Shown: positions 40,091 to 54,200 of the stretch, one piece after another
Layout of the letters: each line of letters opens with the position of its first letter
Position numbering within the stretch: position 1 is the stretch's first letter
Source of the DNA: Mobula hypostoma
Taxonomy: Eukaryota
Reading direction: 5' to 3'
Assembly (NCBI RefSeq): GCF_963921235.1
Contig: NC_086109.1
Location: forward strand, 36,086,001 to 36,150,000
Length of the DNA stretch: 64,000 nt
Notes under the pieces: generated by a model
Seen by the model: only the letters and a program-made list of their open reading frames with translations
What the model was told of the DNA's origin: nothing
Database searches by the model: none
Program-made: the position numbers and the translations under genes

Positions 40091-40210
40091 GCACAAAGTG
40101 TCGGACTCAGCTGAACAACAACAAAATCCTTGCTTTATTACTCAGGTTTTCATGCGAGTAGAAAAGGAGTAATGTGCAAGACTATGTTGGCTACCTTGTG
40201 TTTATTTTTT

Positions 40211-42850
40211 TGGAATCGATATGGGTAGAGCTGCGTAACACCAAGGGGCAGAAGACGCTGGTGGGAGTTGTGTACAGGCCACCTAACAGTAGTAGTGAGG
40301 TCGGAGATGGTATTAAACAGGAAATTAGAAATGTGTGCAATAAAGGAACAGCAGTTATAATGGGTGACTTCAATCTACATGTAGACTGGGTGAACCAAAT
40401 TGGTAAAGGTGCTGAGGAAGAGGATTTCTTGGAATGTATGCGGGATGGTTTTTTGAACCAACATGTCGAGGAACCAATTAGAGAGCAAGCTATTCTGGAC
40501 TGGGTTTTGAGCAATGAGGAAGGGTTAATTAGCGATCTTGTCGTGAAAGGCCCCTTGGGTAAGAGTGACCATAATATGGTGGAATTCTTCATTAATATGG
40601 AGAGTGACATAGTTAATTCGGAAACAAAGGTTCTGAACTTAAAGAGGGGTAACTTTGAAGGTATGAGACGTGAATTAGCTAAGATAGACTGGCAAGTGAC
40701 ACTTAAAGGATTGACGGTGGATATGCAATGGCAAGCATTTAAAGGTTGCATGGATGAACTACAACAATTGTTCATCCCAGTTTGGCAAAAGAATAAATCA
40801 AGGAAGGTAGTGCACCCATGGCTGACAAGAGAAATTAGGGATAGTATCAATTCCAAAGAAGTAGCATACAAATTAGCCAGAGAAAGTGGCTCACCTGAGG
40901 ACTGGGAGAAATTCAGAGTTCAGCAGAGGAGGACAAAGGGCTTAATTAGGAAGGGGAAAAAAGATTATGAGAGAAAACTGGCAGGGAACATAAAAACGGA
41001 CTGTAAAAGCTTTTATAGATATGTAAAAAGGAAAAGACTGGTAAAGACAAATGTAGGTCCCCTGCAGACAGAAACAGGTGAATTGATTATGGGGAGCAAG
41101 GACATGGCAGACCAATTGAATAATTACTTTGGTTCTGTCTTCACTAAGGAGGACATAAATAATCTTCCAGAAATAGTAAGGGACAAAGGGTCCAGTAAGA
41201 TGGAGGAACTGAGTGAAATACATGTTAGTAGGGAAGTGGTGTTAGGTAAATTGAAGGGATTGAAGGCAGATAAATCCCCAGGGCCAGATGGTCTGCATCC
41301 TAGAGTGCTTAAGGAAGTAGCCCAAGAAATAGCGGATGCATTAGTGATAATTTTTCAAAACTCGTTAGATTCTGGACTAGTTCCTGATGATTGGAGGGTG
41401 GCTTTTTAAAAAAGGAGGGAGAGAGAAACTGGGGATTTATAGGCCGGTTAGCCTAACGTCGGTGGTGGGGAAACTGCTGGAGTCAGTTATCAAGGATGTG
41501 ATAACAGCACATTTGGAAAGCGGTGAAATGATTGGACAAAGTCAGCATGGATTTGTGAAAGGAAAATCATGTCTGACGAATCTCATAGAATTTTTTGAGG
41601 ATGTAACTAGTAGAGTGGATAGGGGAGAACCAGTGGATGTGGTATATTTTTTGGATTTTCAAAAGGCTTTTGACAAGGTCCCACACAGGAGATTAGTGTG
41701 CAAACTTAAAGCACAAGGTATTGGGGGTAAGGTATTGGTGTGGGTGGAGAATTGGTTGGCAGACAGGAAGCAAAGAGTGGGAATAAACGGGACCTTTTCA
41801 GAATGGCAGGCGGTAACTAGTGGGGTACCGCAAGGCTCAGTGCTGGGACCCCAGTTGTTTACAATATATACTAATGACTTGGATGAGGGAATTAAATGCA
41901 GCATCTCCAAGTTTGTGGATGACACGAAGCTGGGTGGCAGTGTTAGCAGTGAGGAGGATGCTAAGAGGATGCAGGGTGACTTGGATAGGTTGGGTGAGTG
42001 GGCAAACTCATGGCAGATGCAATTTAATGTGGATAAATGTGAAGTTATCCACTTTGGTGGCAAAAATAGGAAAAGAGATTATTATCTGAATGGTGGCCGA
42101 TTAGGAAAAGGGGAGGTGCAACGAGACCTGGGTGTCATTATACACCAGTCATTGAAAGTGGGCATGCAGGTACAGCAGGCGGTGAAAAAGGCGAACGGTA
42201 TGCTGGCATTTATAGCGAGAGGATTCGAGTACAGGAGCAGGGAGGTACTACTGCAGTTGTACAAGGCCTTGGTGAGACCACACCTGGAGTATTGTGTGCA
42301 GTTTTGGTCCCCTAATATGAGGAAAGACATCTTTGCCATAGAGGGAGTACAAAGAAGGTTCACCAGATTGATTCCTGGGATGGCAGGTCTTTCATATGAA
42401 GAAAGACTGGATGAACTGGGCTTGTACTCGTTGGAATTTAGAAGATTGAGGGGGGATCTGATTGAAACGTATAAGATCCTAAAGGGATTGGACAGGCTAG
42501 ATGCGGGAAGATTGTTCCCGATGTTGGGGAGGTCCAGAACGAGGGGTCACAGTTTGAGGATAGAGGGGAAGCCTTTTAGGACCGAGATTAGGAAAAACTT
42601 CTTCACACAGAGAGTGGTGAATCTGTGGAATTCTCTGCCACAGCAAACTGTTGAGGCCAGTTCATTGGCTATGTTTAAGAGGGAGTTCAATATGCCCTTG
42701 TGGCTACAGGGATCAGGGGGTATGGAGGGAAGGCTGGGCCAGGGTTCTGAGTTGGAGGATCAGCCATGATCATAATAAATGGCGGTGCAGGCTCGAAGGG
42801 CCGAATGGCCTACTTCTGCACCTATTTTCTATGTTTCTATGTTTCTATGT
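40211..42850 (+). mobile_element. Young CR1 LINE, most of ORF2 (EN + RT)
   Basis: ORFs 40174-41409 and 41387-42769, one frameshifting deletion at about 41403; (TTTCTATG)n tail; nearly identical to 36766-38233. Confidence 0.96.
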
Positions 42851-45777
42851 AACACAAGGTAACCAACTGAGAGATTAAAGTTATATATTATTATTTATAT
42901 CACAGAAGTGAAATTTATAGCTAATGACAAAAATCATTAAACTGATACTTGAGATGCATTTCTCTATATTAAGTGAAACTGTCACCTTGCTCTCTGTTCT
43001 ACTATTCATATATCCAGCTCCCAGATCAACTTTCAAATAGAGCTGCACTGTTTTCCCTCCCTACTTATTTTATGTGGAATAGCTCATGAAAATTTAAAGA
43101 TAGCAGCCAGACCAATAAATGGAAATCAATTGGCTTGCATGCTGGCTACGATAAATGTTGAGCTATTATTGTGAACCTGCTGGTCCTCTTAAATTAATCT
43201 TCTTGCACAGGAGCTGTGAGATTAGCCTTATCATGTACATGCCAATTCAAAAATAGCTATCCAGCTTAATCTGACATCCCAGTACTAAGTCCACAGACCT
43301 GAAGTTCATGGTTCTTCAGATGCACAACTAAGTACTTTCTGAATATGTTGAGGATATCTGTAAAGAGTTCCAGAAGTCTACCATCCATTGGCTGAAACTT
43401 TTTCATCATCTCACAGCCAGTACTTCAACTACTAACTTTAGTCTTTCGGTACATTCAGTCTTTCCTCATAGGTACAGTTTTCCAGTTCTTGCCATATTCT
43501 TCTAAGCCACTGCTGCATTCTCCTTTTCAATTATTTTTCCGTATTAACCCTTTTTCTTTTGAATCTTTAAGGAAGAAGAACTTCATTATTAACCCCGACA
43601 GAATGACAGTGTGCAGGTAATGTTAGATGAAGATATAAATTAGGAGCAGGAATAGATTACTTTACCTCTTGAACCTGTTCCACCATTCTAAAGAAGTCAT
43701 AGCTGACATGACCGTACTCTCAGCTCTGCTTCCCAGCATAACCCTGTAGTAAGCTTTTACACAATGAGGGAGGGTTTGGACAACTTTGGCAGGGGGATGG
43801 GAACTGGAGTGATAGGACTGAGAACGGAACACAAGTGGATCCATTGTGCAGTAAGACTGTGAGGAAGGACGGGTAGATGATAGGGCAAAATTGCAGTCAG
43901 TGGAATGGGTTGAACAGTAGCATGGGGACAAACTTGAATAGAGTGATGAATACAGGACTGAAGGTGTTATATTTGAATGCACACAGTATACAGAATAAGG
44001 TAGATGGGTCAATGAGAGCTTAGCAGGTATAATGTTGCAGGCATCATTGAGTTGTGGCAGAAAGAAGATTATAAATGGGAGCTTAATATCCAATGATACA
44101 TATTGTATTGAAAGGACAAGCAGACAGGCAGAGGGGTGAAGTGGCTGTGTTGGTAAAAATGATATCGATCTTTAGAAAAAGAAGAACATAGGATCAGAAA
44201 GATGTAAAGTCATTGTGGATAGAGTTAAGAAACAGCAAGGCTAAAAAGATACTGATGGGAGTTATAGTCAGGCCTCCGAACAGTAGCCAGGATGTAGGAT
44301 ATATTTTACAGCAGGTGATAGAAAAGGCATGTAAAAAGGCAAATGCAGGCAGATTGGGGAAATCAGGTTGGTGCTGGATCCCAAGATAGGAAATTTATAG
44401 AATGATAATGAGGTGGCATTTTAGAGCAGAATGTGGTTGAGCTCACTAGGGGGATAACAGTTCTGGATTGGTTGTGTAATGACCCACATTTGATTAGTAA
44501 TCTTCAGGTAAAGAAATCCTTAGAAGGCAGTGATCATAATATAATAGAACTTACCCTGCAGTTTGAGAAGTAGAAGTTAAAATTGGATGTATCAGTGGAG
44601 TAAGGGGAATTACAGAGGCATGACAGAGTTGCTGGCCAGTTAATTGGGAGGCAGCACTAGCAAAAATGACAGCAGAGTAGCAATGGCTGATGTTTCTGGG
44701 GGCAATTCAGAAGGTGCAGGATAGGTATATCCCAAAGATGAAGAAGTATTTTAAAGGAAGGATGAGGCAAACATTGCTGACAAGGGAAGTCAATGTCAAC
44801 ATAAAAGCGAAAGAAAGGACATATAGCATCGTTAAAATTAGGGGGAATTTAGAGGATTAAAAAGATTTTAAAAAGCAACAGAAGCTAACTAACAAGGCAT
44901 AAGGAGAGACAAGATGAAATATTAAGGGAAGGCAGCCAATAATATAAAAGAGGATACCAAAAGTTTTTTTCAGATCTATATATATATAAAATAAAGGAGA
45001 GGCAAGAGTGGATATGAGATCACTGGAAAATGTTTCTGAAGAGACAATGATGGGGAACAAAGAAATGACAGATGAACACAATAAGTATTTTGTGTCAGTC
45101 GTCACTGTGCAAATGATTAGCAATAAGCTGGAAGTTCAAGAGTGTCAAGGGGCAGAAGTGGGTGTTCTTGCCATTGCTAAGGAGGAGATGCTTGGAAAGC
45201 TGAAAGGTCTGAAGGTACATAAGTCACCTGGACCAGACGGACCACACTCCAGAGTTCTGAAAGGTGCTGAAAAGATTGTGGAGGCATTAGTAATGATTTT
45301 TTAAAGAATCATTTGTTCCAGAGGACTGGAAAATTCCAAATGTCACTCTACTCCTTAAGGAGGGAGGGAGACAGAAGAAAATAAATTGTAGGCCAGTTAG
45401 CCTATCTTCAGTGGTTGGGAAGATGTTGGAGTCCACGATTACGGTTGAGGTTTTGGGGTACTTGGAGCTGCATGATAAAATAGACCAAAGTCAGAGTGGT
45501 TTCCCTGAGGGAAATCTTGCCTGAAAAATCTGTTGGAATTGGTATTGAGACCACTTCTTTTCAAATTATATGTCAGCGAATAGGATGATGGAATTGATGG
45601 CTTTATGGTCAAGTTTGCAGACAATACAAAGATAGGTGGAGGGGCCTGTACTTACTGGAGTTTGGTAGAATGAGGGAATGGGGGGCGGATTGCATTGAAA
45701 TCTACCAGATATTGGAAGGCTTAGTTAGAGTGGCCATGGATAGGATGTTCCCTATAGTGGGGGAGTTCTTGGACTGG

Positions 45778-47143
45778 TGTCACAATGGTGGGGCATTGGG
45801 AGCAAGGGTGGACCCAAATGCAAGACACATCTTGTGAGGTTAATTAAATTGAGTTTATTGTTCAATACCAGGACAACAAGGCAGGAGCAGGAAATAGCGA
45901 ACTGGACAAGGACCCAGGACTACGACTAGGCTGGGACCAAGGGTCTGGGCTAGGACTCGGAACTGGATCCCAGAACTAGCGACGACATGAAGAGGCTACG
46001 ATATGGACTCCGAGCCAGAGACTGGGCAAGGATCCAGTACTTGGGTCGTGCCCCGGGCTCGGACCCTAGAACCAGGCATGGACATGACATGGGCTAGGGA
46101 GAGGAGCAACATGGAAAACAGAGCCTCGGTCTCGGGGAGCAGGTACATGGAACCATGGACACATACACAGAACACAGAGTCGGGACACCTCCTTGGGTAC
46201 AGGACATAGGACCGGGACTCACACACAGAACAGAGAGCCGGGACTCATAACCCCGCCCCCCCCCCCCCCCGCGGGGCAACGGCAAGACGGCCTGACTTAC
46301 CCCACGGAGGCAAGGACAAGACAAGACAAAACATGACCCCCCACGGGGCAACGGCAAGACGGCCTGACTTACCCCACAGAGGCGAAGACAAGACAAGACA
46401 AGACATGACCCCCCGCGGGGCAACAGCAAGATGGCCTGACTTACCCCACGGAGGCGAAGACAAGACAAAACCAACACGAAAGAACACCAGACAGTACCTA
46501 TCTAGCTCCGGCGATAAAACTAGACCGAAGTGTAGGTGAGGGCTGCAGACGAGGGCTAGAGGTGAGAGGGGAAGAGAAGGGATTTAGACAGGGGGGTAGG
46601 ACAGGAATCACAGACTGCCAGGGCCGGGACTTGACTCAGAACTTGGAAGCCACCAGGGACGGGACTTGACTCAGTACATGAGTGCCCCCGGAGCCAGGAC
46701 TTGACTAGGAGCCTCTGGGTAGTGGTGAGCTCTCGACTCGGCCCGGGAACAGTAGACAGCGGTTCTTGATTCCCTCCGGCAGGTTAACTGACGGACCCAC
46801 CTCGGTGAGGAAGCTTTGCAGGCTCACTTTGGCGAGGTAACTTGACAGGGTTGCTCCGGTGAGGAAAGGTGAATTACCAGCACTCGCTTCGGGCGGAGAC
46901 TAGGCTTGCTCCGGCCAGATGACATTGGCACGCCGTACCTCTAGTGACTTTGCAGATGCTCTCGCCCGAACAGCTGAAAGCTGGAGACTATAAACTATTG
47001 GTTCAGCCGAGAGTAAATTGCCTCTAATCACCGAGGTCGAGAGACACGGGAAAACAGAGAACCAAAGGGAAATAGGGAGTCAACGGTCCAGATCGTAACA
47101 TAAGCAAAGTAAATTTAAAGAGACCCCGATCCAGACCGTGACA
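45778..47143 (-). mobile_element. Solo LTR (1366 bp, probably Gypsy)
   Basis: TGTCAC...GTGACA termini; 5-bp TSD ACTGG (45773-45777, 47144-47148); minus-strand AATAAA near 45854. Confidence 0.9.
46265..46470. repeat. About 3 x 72 bp GC-rich tandem repeat within LTR
   Basis: Units cggggcaacggcaagacggcctgacttaccccac...gacaagacaa...catgacccccc recur at 46271, 46343, 46415. Confidence 0.92.
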
Positions 47144-47597
47144 ACTGGAGGACGCAGCCTCAGAATTGAGGGGCATATATTTAGAACAGAGATGAGGAAG
47201 CATTTCTTTAGCCAGAGGGTGGTGAATTTGTGGATTTCCTTGCCACAGACTGCTGTGCTGGGCAAATCATTGAGTATATTTGAAGTGGAGGTTAATAGGT
47301 TCTTGATGAAGTCAGGGCACGGAGGTTATGGGGAAAAGGCAGGAGAATGGGGTTGAGACTTTCCTTTTTTGAGATGGCAAATATCTCAAGGGGTATCTCC
47401 ACCGAATTCATATTGAAGGCATGATAATAAGGTCCACCATTTGATCTGGGTTATCACACACATTAACAGAGGAGGAACTGATATTTTTCTTAGGCATTAA
47501 AATAACCATGTTGTTCATGAGTCGTCCAGTTTCCAGCCATGTTCCAGGAGGAAAGTGAAGCCAATGGAAATTAGTCAGAGCGTCTATAATGAGTTCC

Positions 47598-47827
47598 TAT
47601 TTTTATTTATTTACAGACGCAGCTCAGTAACAGCTGCTCCTTCCAGCCCAACAACCCCTCACTGTCCAATTACACCCATTTGACAAATTAATCTACTAAC
47701 CTGCACATCTTTGGAATGTGAGAGGAAACCGGAGCACCAAGAGGCGATGCACGAGGTCACGGGGAGAATGTACGAACTCCTTGCAGCCAGCGGCAGAACA
47801 GAACTTGGGTCACTGGTGTTACAATAG
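47598..47827 (-). mobile_element. V-SINE (HE1-like); head probably continues at 48668-48695
   Basis: tgtgagaggaaaccggagcacc...ggggagaatgtacgaactcctt is the reverse complement of the V domain. Confidence 0.75.
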
Positions 47828-48667
47828 TGTATAACCCCCCCCCCCCCCCACAGTAGGCTCCTATGGAAACTTGGCTCATTAGCTAGCTCTGCTAACAGTC
47901 ACAGGACTCAGTGGTAAGAAGACCACCTTTCATAAACAATGTCCCTCTAGGGTCAGTGTGATTTGGGGTTCAACCAAACAGGAACGCCATGATGTTCTGA
48001 TAAAGAAACCTCAATTTGAGCAAATGCTGTGTGAATACTGCCCATACACAGTTGTTGGTCATCAAGAAATAACAGGTCGCACACTGCATAAAAAAGTATA
48101 AAGAAAGTATACTTACAAATTTCAGCTTTATTGAACAGTTAGTAAGAAAAAAAATGGCCTATAACAGTTAAACCACTCCAAATGTGCATATAAAGTTGGA
48201 GCTCATCTTGGAGTTGTCACTTTGCTCACTTGATGGACCCACATGAAAGCACACACCACATTCCAAACTTTGCTAGATATCAATCCCAAACGGGCTTTCT
48301 CTCGGGAGTATTGGCCCTTTCTCCTTGGAGCCATTCATCTGCATAAAGCCCTTCATGTAATGGGGACACTCCTTCCCACACCATTCTCAGACATCTTTCT
48401 TCCTGTCCTCTCCACAGCTCTCAGCAAAAAGACCACAAACCCCACCGGTATCCGTCACAAATCTCTCTTCGCCCAGCTCTCTCTTGGGCCTTCTTCCAAT
48501 TCCACCATCCTGATTGGCTAACACAACATTCCTCACTTGAACATCATAGCCCTTTATCTTTAGCGAAAACTAAAACATTCCACCAGCAGGACACACTGCT
48601 TTTACAGAAAGCTAGTGAATGGAATACATATAGCATTAGCAGTAAAAATCTTAACAAGGACATTACA
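47828..48667 (-). mobile_element. Probable solo LTR inserted in the SINE
   Basis: TGTA...TTACA termini, minus-strand AATAAA near 48127, SINE sequence on both sides; TSD not clear. Confidence 0.5.
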
Positions 48668-48817
48668 AGAATTGTGCTAACTGCTACATTACCCTTTTTG
48701 GACGGTGTTAATGGTGCGATCATAGTTGAAATTGATCTGTAGCAAGTCTGGAGACTTGGTAGCATAACAAGAGTAGAAAAGGTTCCAGGGAATTGATGGT
48801 AGATGTAAGTCAGTGAG

Positions 48818-49160
48818 GTTCAAAGTTCGAAGTATTTTATTATCAAAGTACATGTATGACACCATATTCTGCCCTGAGATTCACTTTATTGCAGGTATGC
48901 TCAGTAGAACAAAGAAATACAAGTTACACACAAAGACTGACAAAGAACCAACATGCAAAAAAAGACAAACTGATCAAATACAAAAATACAAAACAAGCAA
49001 ACAAACAAACAAATAAATAAGGAAGGAAGTAAATAATTCTGAGAACGTGAGTTGTAGAGTTCTTGAAAATGAGTCCATGAATTGTGGAATCAGTTGAGTG
49101 TTGAGGTAAGTGAGATTATCCATGCTGGTTCAGTAGCCTGGTAGTTGGGTAATAACTGTG
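48818..49160 (-). mobile_element. Rex1-like 3' fragment
   Basis: gttcaaagttcgaag tail and ttatcaaagtacatgtatgacaccatat...ccctgagattc as at 6274. Confidence 0.7.
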
Positions 49161-49764
49161 GGTAGGCTGGTTTCTTAATGGGACACATGCAGAATCTTTC
49201 TGAGCCACTGTGTCTTATTGGATCTGCGGAGGGCAATTAATCAACTGCACAATGAGCTATTGCTATGGCCTTGGCTAGCTCCCTGTAACACTATGGTTGA
49301 GAAACTGCTGTCTTAAAATATTCAATGCAACAAAGCTTGCAAGGTTGGAAGCTTAGTAAAAACATTTCAAATGAAGTGGAACTAAGAAAAACTAAACCAA
49401 TTGAAAGTACGCAATTATAAACAACATGATCAAATGTAATAGATGTGTGTAAAATGGAACCAAAACAGTTTTATTAATAACCTTTAAAATCTTAATATAT
49501 TATCTTGAACTGGTAATAAATCACTTCCTTTGGAAATGACTAGGAAAAAGGTAATGATTAAATAGTCATTAATCATTGCACAATCAGTCAGGTTCATTTG
49601 TTAAACTGAATAATGCCTTAATCTGCCTTTGTTTTAAGAGACTTGTTTGTACTAATATCAACAAGACAATTTGAAAGTAACAACGGAGAGACAGTATCTA
49701 AAATAAGCAAAAGAAGCAAAAGCTTACCGAACATTGAGCACTGCAGAAGTTTCAATGATTAATA

Positions 49765-51020
49765 TGGTGTGATCCATTAATGACTGCATTGATGCTGCTT
49801 CCTGCACCATTCCAAGCTCGTCAACTTCACCAACTTTGCCTCTAACTTTCACCCTGCCAAAAAAATTACCTGGTCCATTTCTGACACCTCCCTCCCCTTT
49901 CTTGATCTCTTTGTCTCCATCTCTGGAGTCAGTTTATCCACAGATATCTTTTATAAACCCACTCACCCACTCATTCACCCTGCCCTCCCCCCATCCACCT
50001 GCTACCCCACCGCGGATAGAGTTCTTCATCCTCACCTACCATCCCACCAGCCTCTGCCTCCAGCACATAATTCTCTTTAATTTCTGCCATCTCCAACGGG
50101 ATCTCAGCAGCAAGCACATCTTTCCCTCCCCTGCGTTTTCCACACGGATCGCTCCCTGGGCAAATCCCTCGTCCATTTGTCCTCCCCAACTGGTCTCCCT
50201 TCTGGCACTTATCCTTGCAAGTAGAATACGTGCCAAACCTACTCCTACAACTCCTTTCTCACTATCATTCAGGGCCCCAAACAGTCCTTCCAGGTGAGGT
50301 GGCATTTCACCTGTTAGTCTGTCGGGATCACCTACTTACTGTGTCCAGTACTCCCAGTGTGACCTCCTGTATATTGGAGAGACCCAGCGTAGTTTGAGAG
50401 ATTGCTTCACCGAGCACCTATGCTCCATTCATCAGAAAATACGGTGGTCACAAATTTCGATTCTACATTTCATTCCCATTCTGACATGTCAGTCTATGGC
50501 CTTCCCTACTGCCATGATAAGGCCACATACATGCTGGAAGAGCAACCTCTTTTGGTCTGTTTGGGTAGCATCCAACCAGATGGCATGAACATTGATTTCT
50601 CGAACTTCCCCCTTCTCCTTCATCATTTCCCACTCCCAGTTCTTTCTCTCACCTTATCGCCTTACCTGCCCATCATTTCCCTCTGGTGCTCTTCCTACTT
50701 CCCTTTCTTCTGTGGCCTGCTGTCCTCTCCTTTCAGATTCCCCCTTCTCCAGCCCTTTATCTCTTTCACCAATTGACTGCCCAGCTCTTTACTTCATCCC
50801 TCCCCCTCTCCCAGTTTCACTTATCACCTACTACCTTGTACTACTTCCTCCCCTGCCCACATCTTACTCTGATTTCTAATCTCTTTTTTCCAGACCTGAG
50901 GAAGGGTCTTGAACTGAATTGTCAAATGTCTACTCTTTCACATAGATGCTGCTGGACCTGCTGATTTCCTCCAGCATTTTGTGTGTTTTACTTAGATTTC
51001 CAGCATCTGCATCTCTTGTA
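49765..51020 (+). mobile_element. Penelope-like element, degenerate (RT C-term, GIY-YIG, terminal repeat)
   Basis: LTYHPTS, FRAPNSPSR, tatattggagagacc (YIGET), EH; pyrimidine-rich 3' region; cctgaggaagggtc hammerhead remnant at about 50891-50925. Confidence 0.85.
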
Positions 51021-51202
51021 TCCGATGTGCACCAGCTGCTCATATGACCATCCATCACCTGCTCCCATGGCTTCTTGTGACCTTGTTCAGGGAGCTAAGC
51101 AGGTGCTACACCTTGCCCAAGGGTGACCTGTAGGCTCATGGAGAGAAGGAGGGTCTCACACCTTATTTGGTAGAAACATATCTTCACTCCACCAACCAAA
51201 TG

Positions 51203-51293
51203 AATAGAATAGTACAGCACAGTACAGGCCCTTCAGCCCACAATGTTGTGCCGACCCTCAAACCCTGCCTCCCATATAAGCCCCCACCTTAAA
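51203..51293 (-). mobile_element. CR1 3' tail fragment (17427 subfamily)
   Basis: atagaatagtacagcacagtacaggccc...aaaccctgcctcccatataagcc nearly identical to 17438-17527. Confidence 0.85.
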
Positions 51294-51299
51294 TAATAC

Positions 51300-54200
51300 T
51301 GTTATGTTTTGTAACTGTAAAGTATTAAATTAGTTGAAAAGAAAACACGGTGAGTTGAAATGTGGGTGTAGCTGGGACTTTAATTTCAAGTTAAGTTTCC
51401 CAAATATTCTTAGCCCAACATCCTCCTAAAGCACCTTCATACTTGCCAATAACCCTCTTAGGTACAATATACTTTCTGCATCCTATAGTGTAAAAAACAT
51501 GCCTACCATATGCTAACATGAGAAAATGGTTCTGCTTAAAATTTTTATTTATCTTTAAACCTAGCTTACAGGGTACCTGTGCACTGTACAGCAACTTCAG
51601 TACCAACGTAATCCTTGAGCTTGATGGCTTTTAGCAGGAGTTGAAATATCTGGTCCAAGTTGTGACGGCAAAAGCCTTATGTCCACACATGTAACAATGT
51701 TCACGTTGTGTCTGTTTTTTGAGAGTATGTTGTTCACTGCACTGAAGCCTCATTCAACAAGGTAGGAAGATGAAAATGCAATGAAGAGCAGTTTGGCTCT
51801 GCTTCAAAGACCAGGAAACGTTGTATGACGGTTAGCCATAAACCACAAAAGCCGACATTTTTGAAAAGCGTTTTTGCTTTTCATCATTCTGAATTTTACT
51901 GATTTCTTCTGTTTCACTCATTTTTTCAACAGAATAAGCTACAGAGTTATTAATAAGAAGAATTGATTTTAAAATACCGGTATCCATTTTGAGAACAGTG
52001 GTGAACACTTCCAATAGAGCAGGCATGAATAATCTCTTACCAATTGTATGAGATTTTGCACACTTTGCTATCATTTTGGAAATGTTATAAGAAACAAAGA
52101 GACTGCTATCAGGCTAATTTTTAGCTTTTTTGGCAAATGATTCAAGTGTTCAACACTTTTCAAATGCTTATTTCATCTTCTGGAACTGAGTAATACCATA
52201 AGTAGCTTTTTCAGGGTGTCTTTTAGGGAAGTGTGCCTGCAATCCTGAAGGCTTTATTAGACAATAGAGTATTACAAATAAGACACATGGGGTGTCACTG
52301 ATCTGACGGGAACAGAATAAAACCATACTCCTAGATTGTGACCTTGTATTGGTGCACTTTTTGTAGTTTATGTTCGCTTTGAGCATCTCAAGAGGCATCT
52401 TTGGGTTTGGCAGGTTCACTGATTGGCTCTATTTCACCAGTTGGGCTAGTGCTGTATCACTGTGTGACCTGCATTCTGTAGACCTGTAGAAAAAATTGAG
52501 AAGGTGTACTTGACTTACCAGCTGTTAAATTGCATGAACTCATTCTGCGCCACGAGTCAAGGGGAACTGTTAGGCATCCTGGTTGCTAGTCTATGCATGC
52601 CCAATAATGTCTGTTTGGTAGGTAAAGGTCAGATGAGATTGCTATGTTTCAGACGTGTTGTGATGACAAGTGCTCACCGCCTGCAGAGTTGTGGGTCTTC
52701 CTGTGTTCCAGTGCCTCATTCTTGTTTTTCGGAAGTATAGGCTCTACTAACTGTCGGGCTGGTCGTGCGTCTCGATTTAGGATGCAGCTTGCTGCCCCAC
52801 CCACTAGAATCTTGAACCCCCTCCCCCCCACCCCCGATGACTTCTGTTTCATTTAGTGTCCCTTTAGGACACGTAACCAACTCCATTGGGAATCGCTGAG
52901 TTAACATTTTTCTACATATAACCCGTAAGTGATTACTTAAACAAACAGAAATGTTTGATCAATCGATATATATACACACACAAGATTACATGACCATTAC
53001 TGAAATATTAAATACACGATAATCTTCCCTGCTTACCTGTAAACTCCATCTCAATAGAGAATGCAACAGGCTTAAATATTTAATTGCTGTGGAGGATTTC
53101 TTACTCTTGTGAGATAACACCTTTCCTGACAAGGAGGTGGGGGATCACTCTGCTTGGCAGGTGAGATTTCTAGCTGTGAAAACAGACTCAAGTTCTGGGG
53201 CTTTCTCCATGGTGTTGTAGGAGTTGACTCTGAGATTGCAGGAGGTGGTTCTGATAGTGGTAGCCACCCTTCTTCCTCTTCATTTTCATCCTCTAGTTTG
53301 TGCATCTTGATCTCGGGGAGGTGCATTTAGTTCACTGGCATATTCTCCTATTAATCCTTCTATTGGTCCCTTTATGATCTGATCTCCTCTTGATTTCCTC
53401 ATCCACAACATCATCTGATAAGTTCTCTGTTTTCATACCTCCATTGCCACTTTTCCTTTTGGACTTCTGTTCATCCAGCTGGGCTTTGGTCTTTGCACCT
53501 ACTTTTCCAAGCAGCTTTTTGACCCCGACTTGAAGTTCATGCAAAAGCATAATGCATGCAGGGTAGATTCTGGCTCTTTATACTCAGAAAATTCACATGC
53601 TTGCAACTTTCTTGAAGCTCCTTGAACTCTCTTCCACCTTAAAATCAAGCCACATTTTGCAAGTAACTGCCTGATTAACATATCAGAAGCTATCTTAGAT
53701 ATGTGGCCTTCAAAAAAGTATTGTAGTCGCACCACAGCCTTCATCGCTTTTACACTACCTCTAAGTAGCATGGTCCCTCCTTGGTCCAATTTACTTTCTA
53801 ACTAGAGGCACAGAGGTTGGCACCAATGCCTGTTTGCCCTCTGTTGGGGAATAGTTCATGGTGTTTGGCATGGAAATAATCGTGGCATCATTCAGTATCT
53901 TCCTTAATTTGCTTTCAATTGGCTTCATTGCAGGGAATGTTGTATACAAATAGTAAATAGATGTCCAACCAAGTTGTAGTTGTCTCAGCCAATCACACTT
54001 CCACAATGCAGGTCCTTTTATTTTTAACCACATCCAAGCTCAATGTTGCTTGTTGGTTGTTGCATTTCACTGTTACGAATACCGCTTCCATTTAAACTTG
54101 ATTGTGTCTTTTCTTCCAAAGAACATGTGCTACTGTTTTGTCAGTCTTCAACGCGTTTTTTTTAGTTCAAACATATTGCTCCGCTTTAGCAGGTCAGTAG

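Larger units (their letters stand above)
43760..47356 (+). mobile_element. Old, deleted CR1 LINE interrupted by solo LTR
   Basis: LKVLYLNA-like start near 43960, KSPGPDG (45008-45304), KFADNT, and SLRIEGHIFRTEMRKHFFSQRVV resuming at 47144. Confidence 0.85.

Noticed and set aside
46094..46539. Repetitive ORFs and array-like repeats
   Set aside because: Products of the 72-bp LTR tandem repeat; no unique spacers, not CRISPR.
51025..51197. Minus-strand GGGCAA-hairpin-C motif suggesting a second HDV-like ribozyme in an RTE/SINE-like fragment
   Set aside because: Could not build consistent P1, P2 and P3 pairings.
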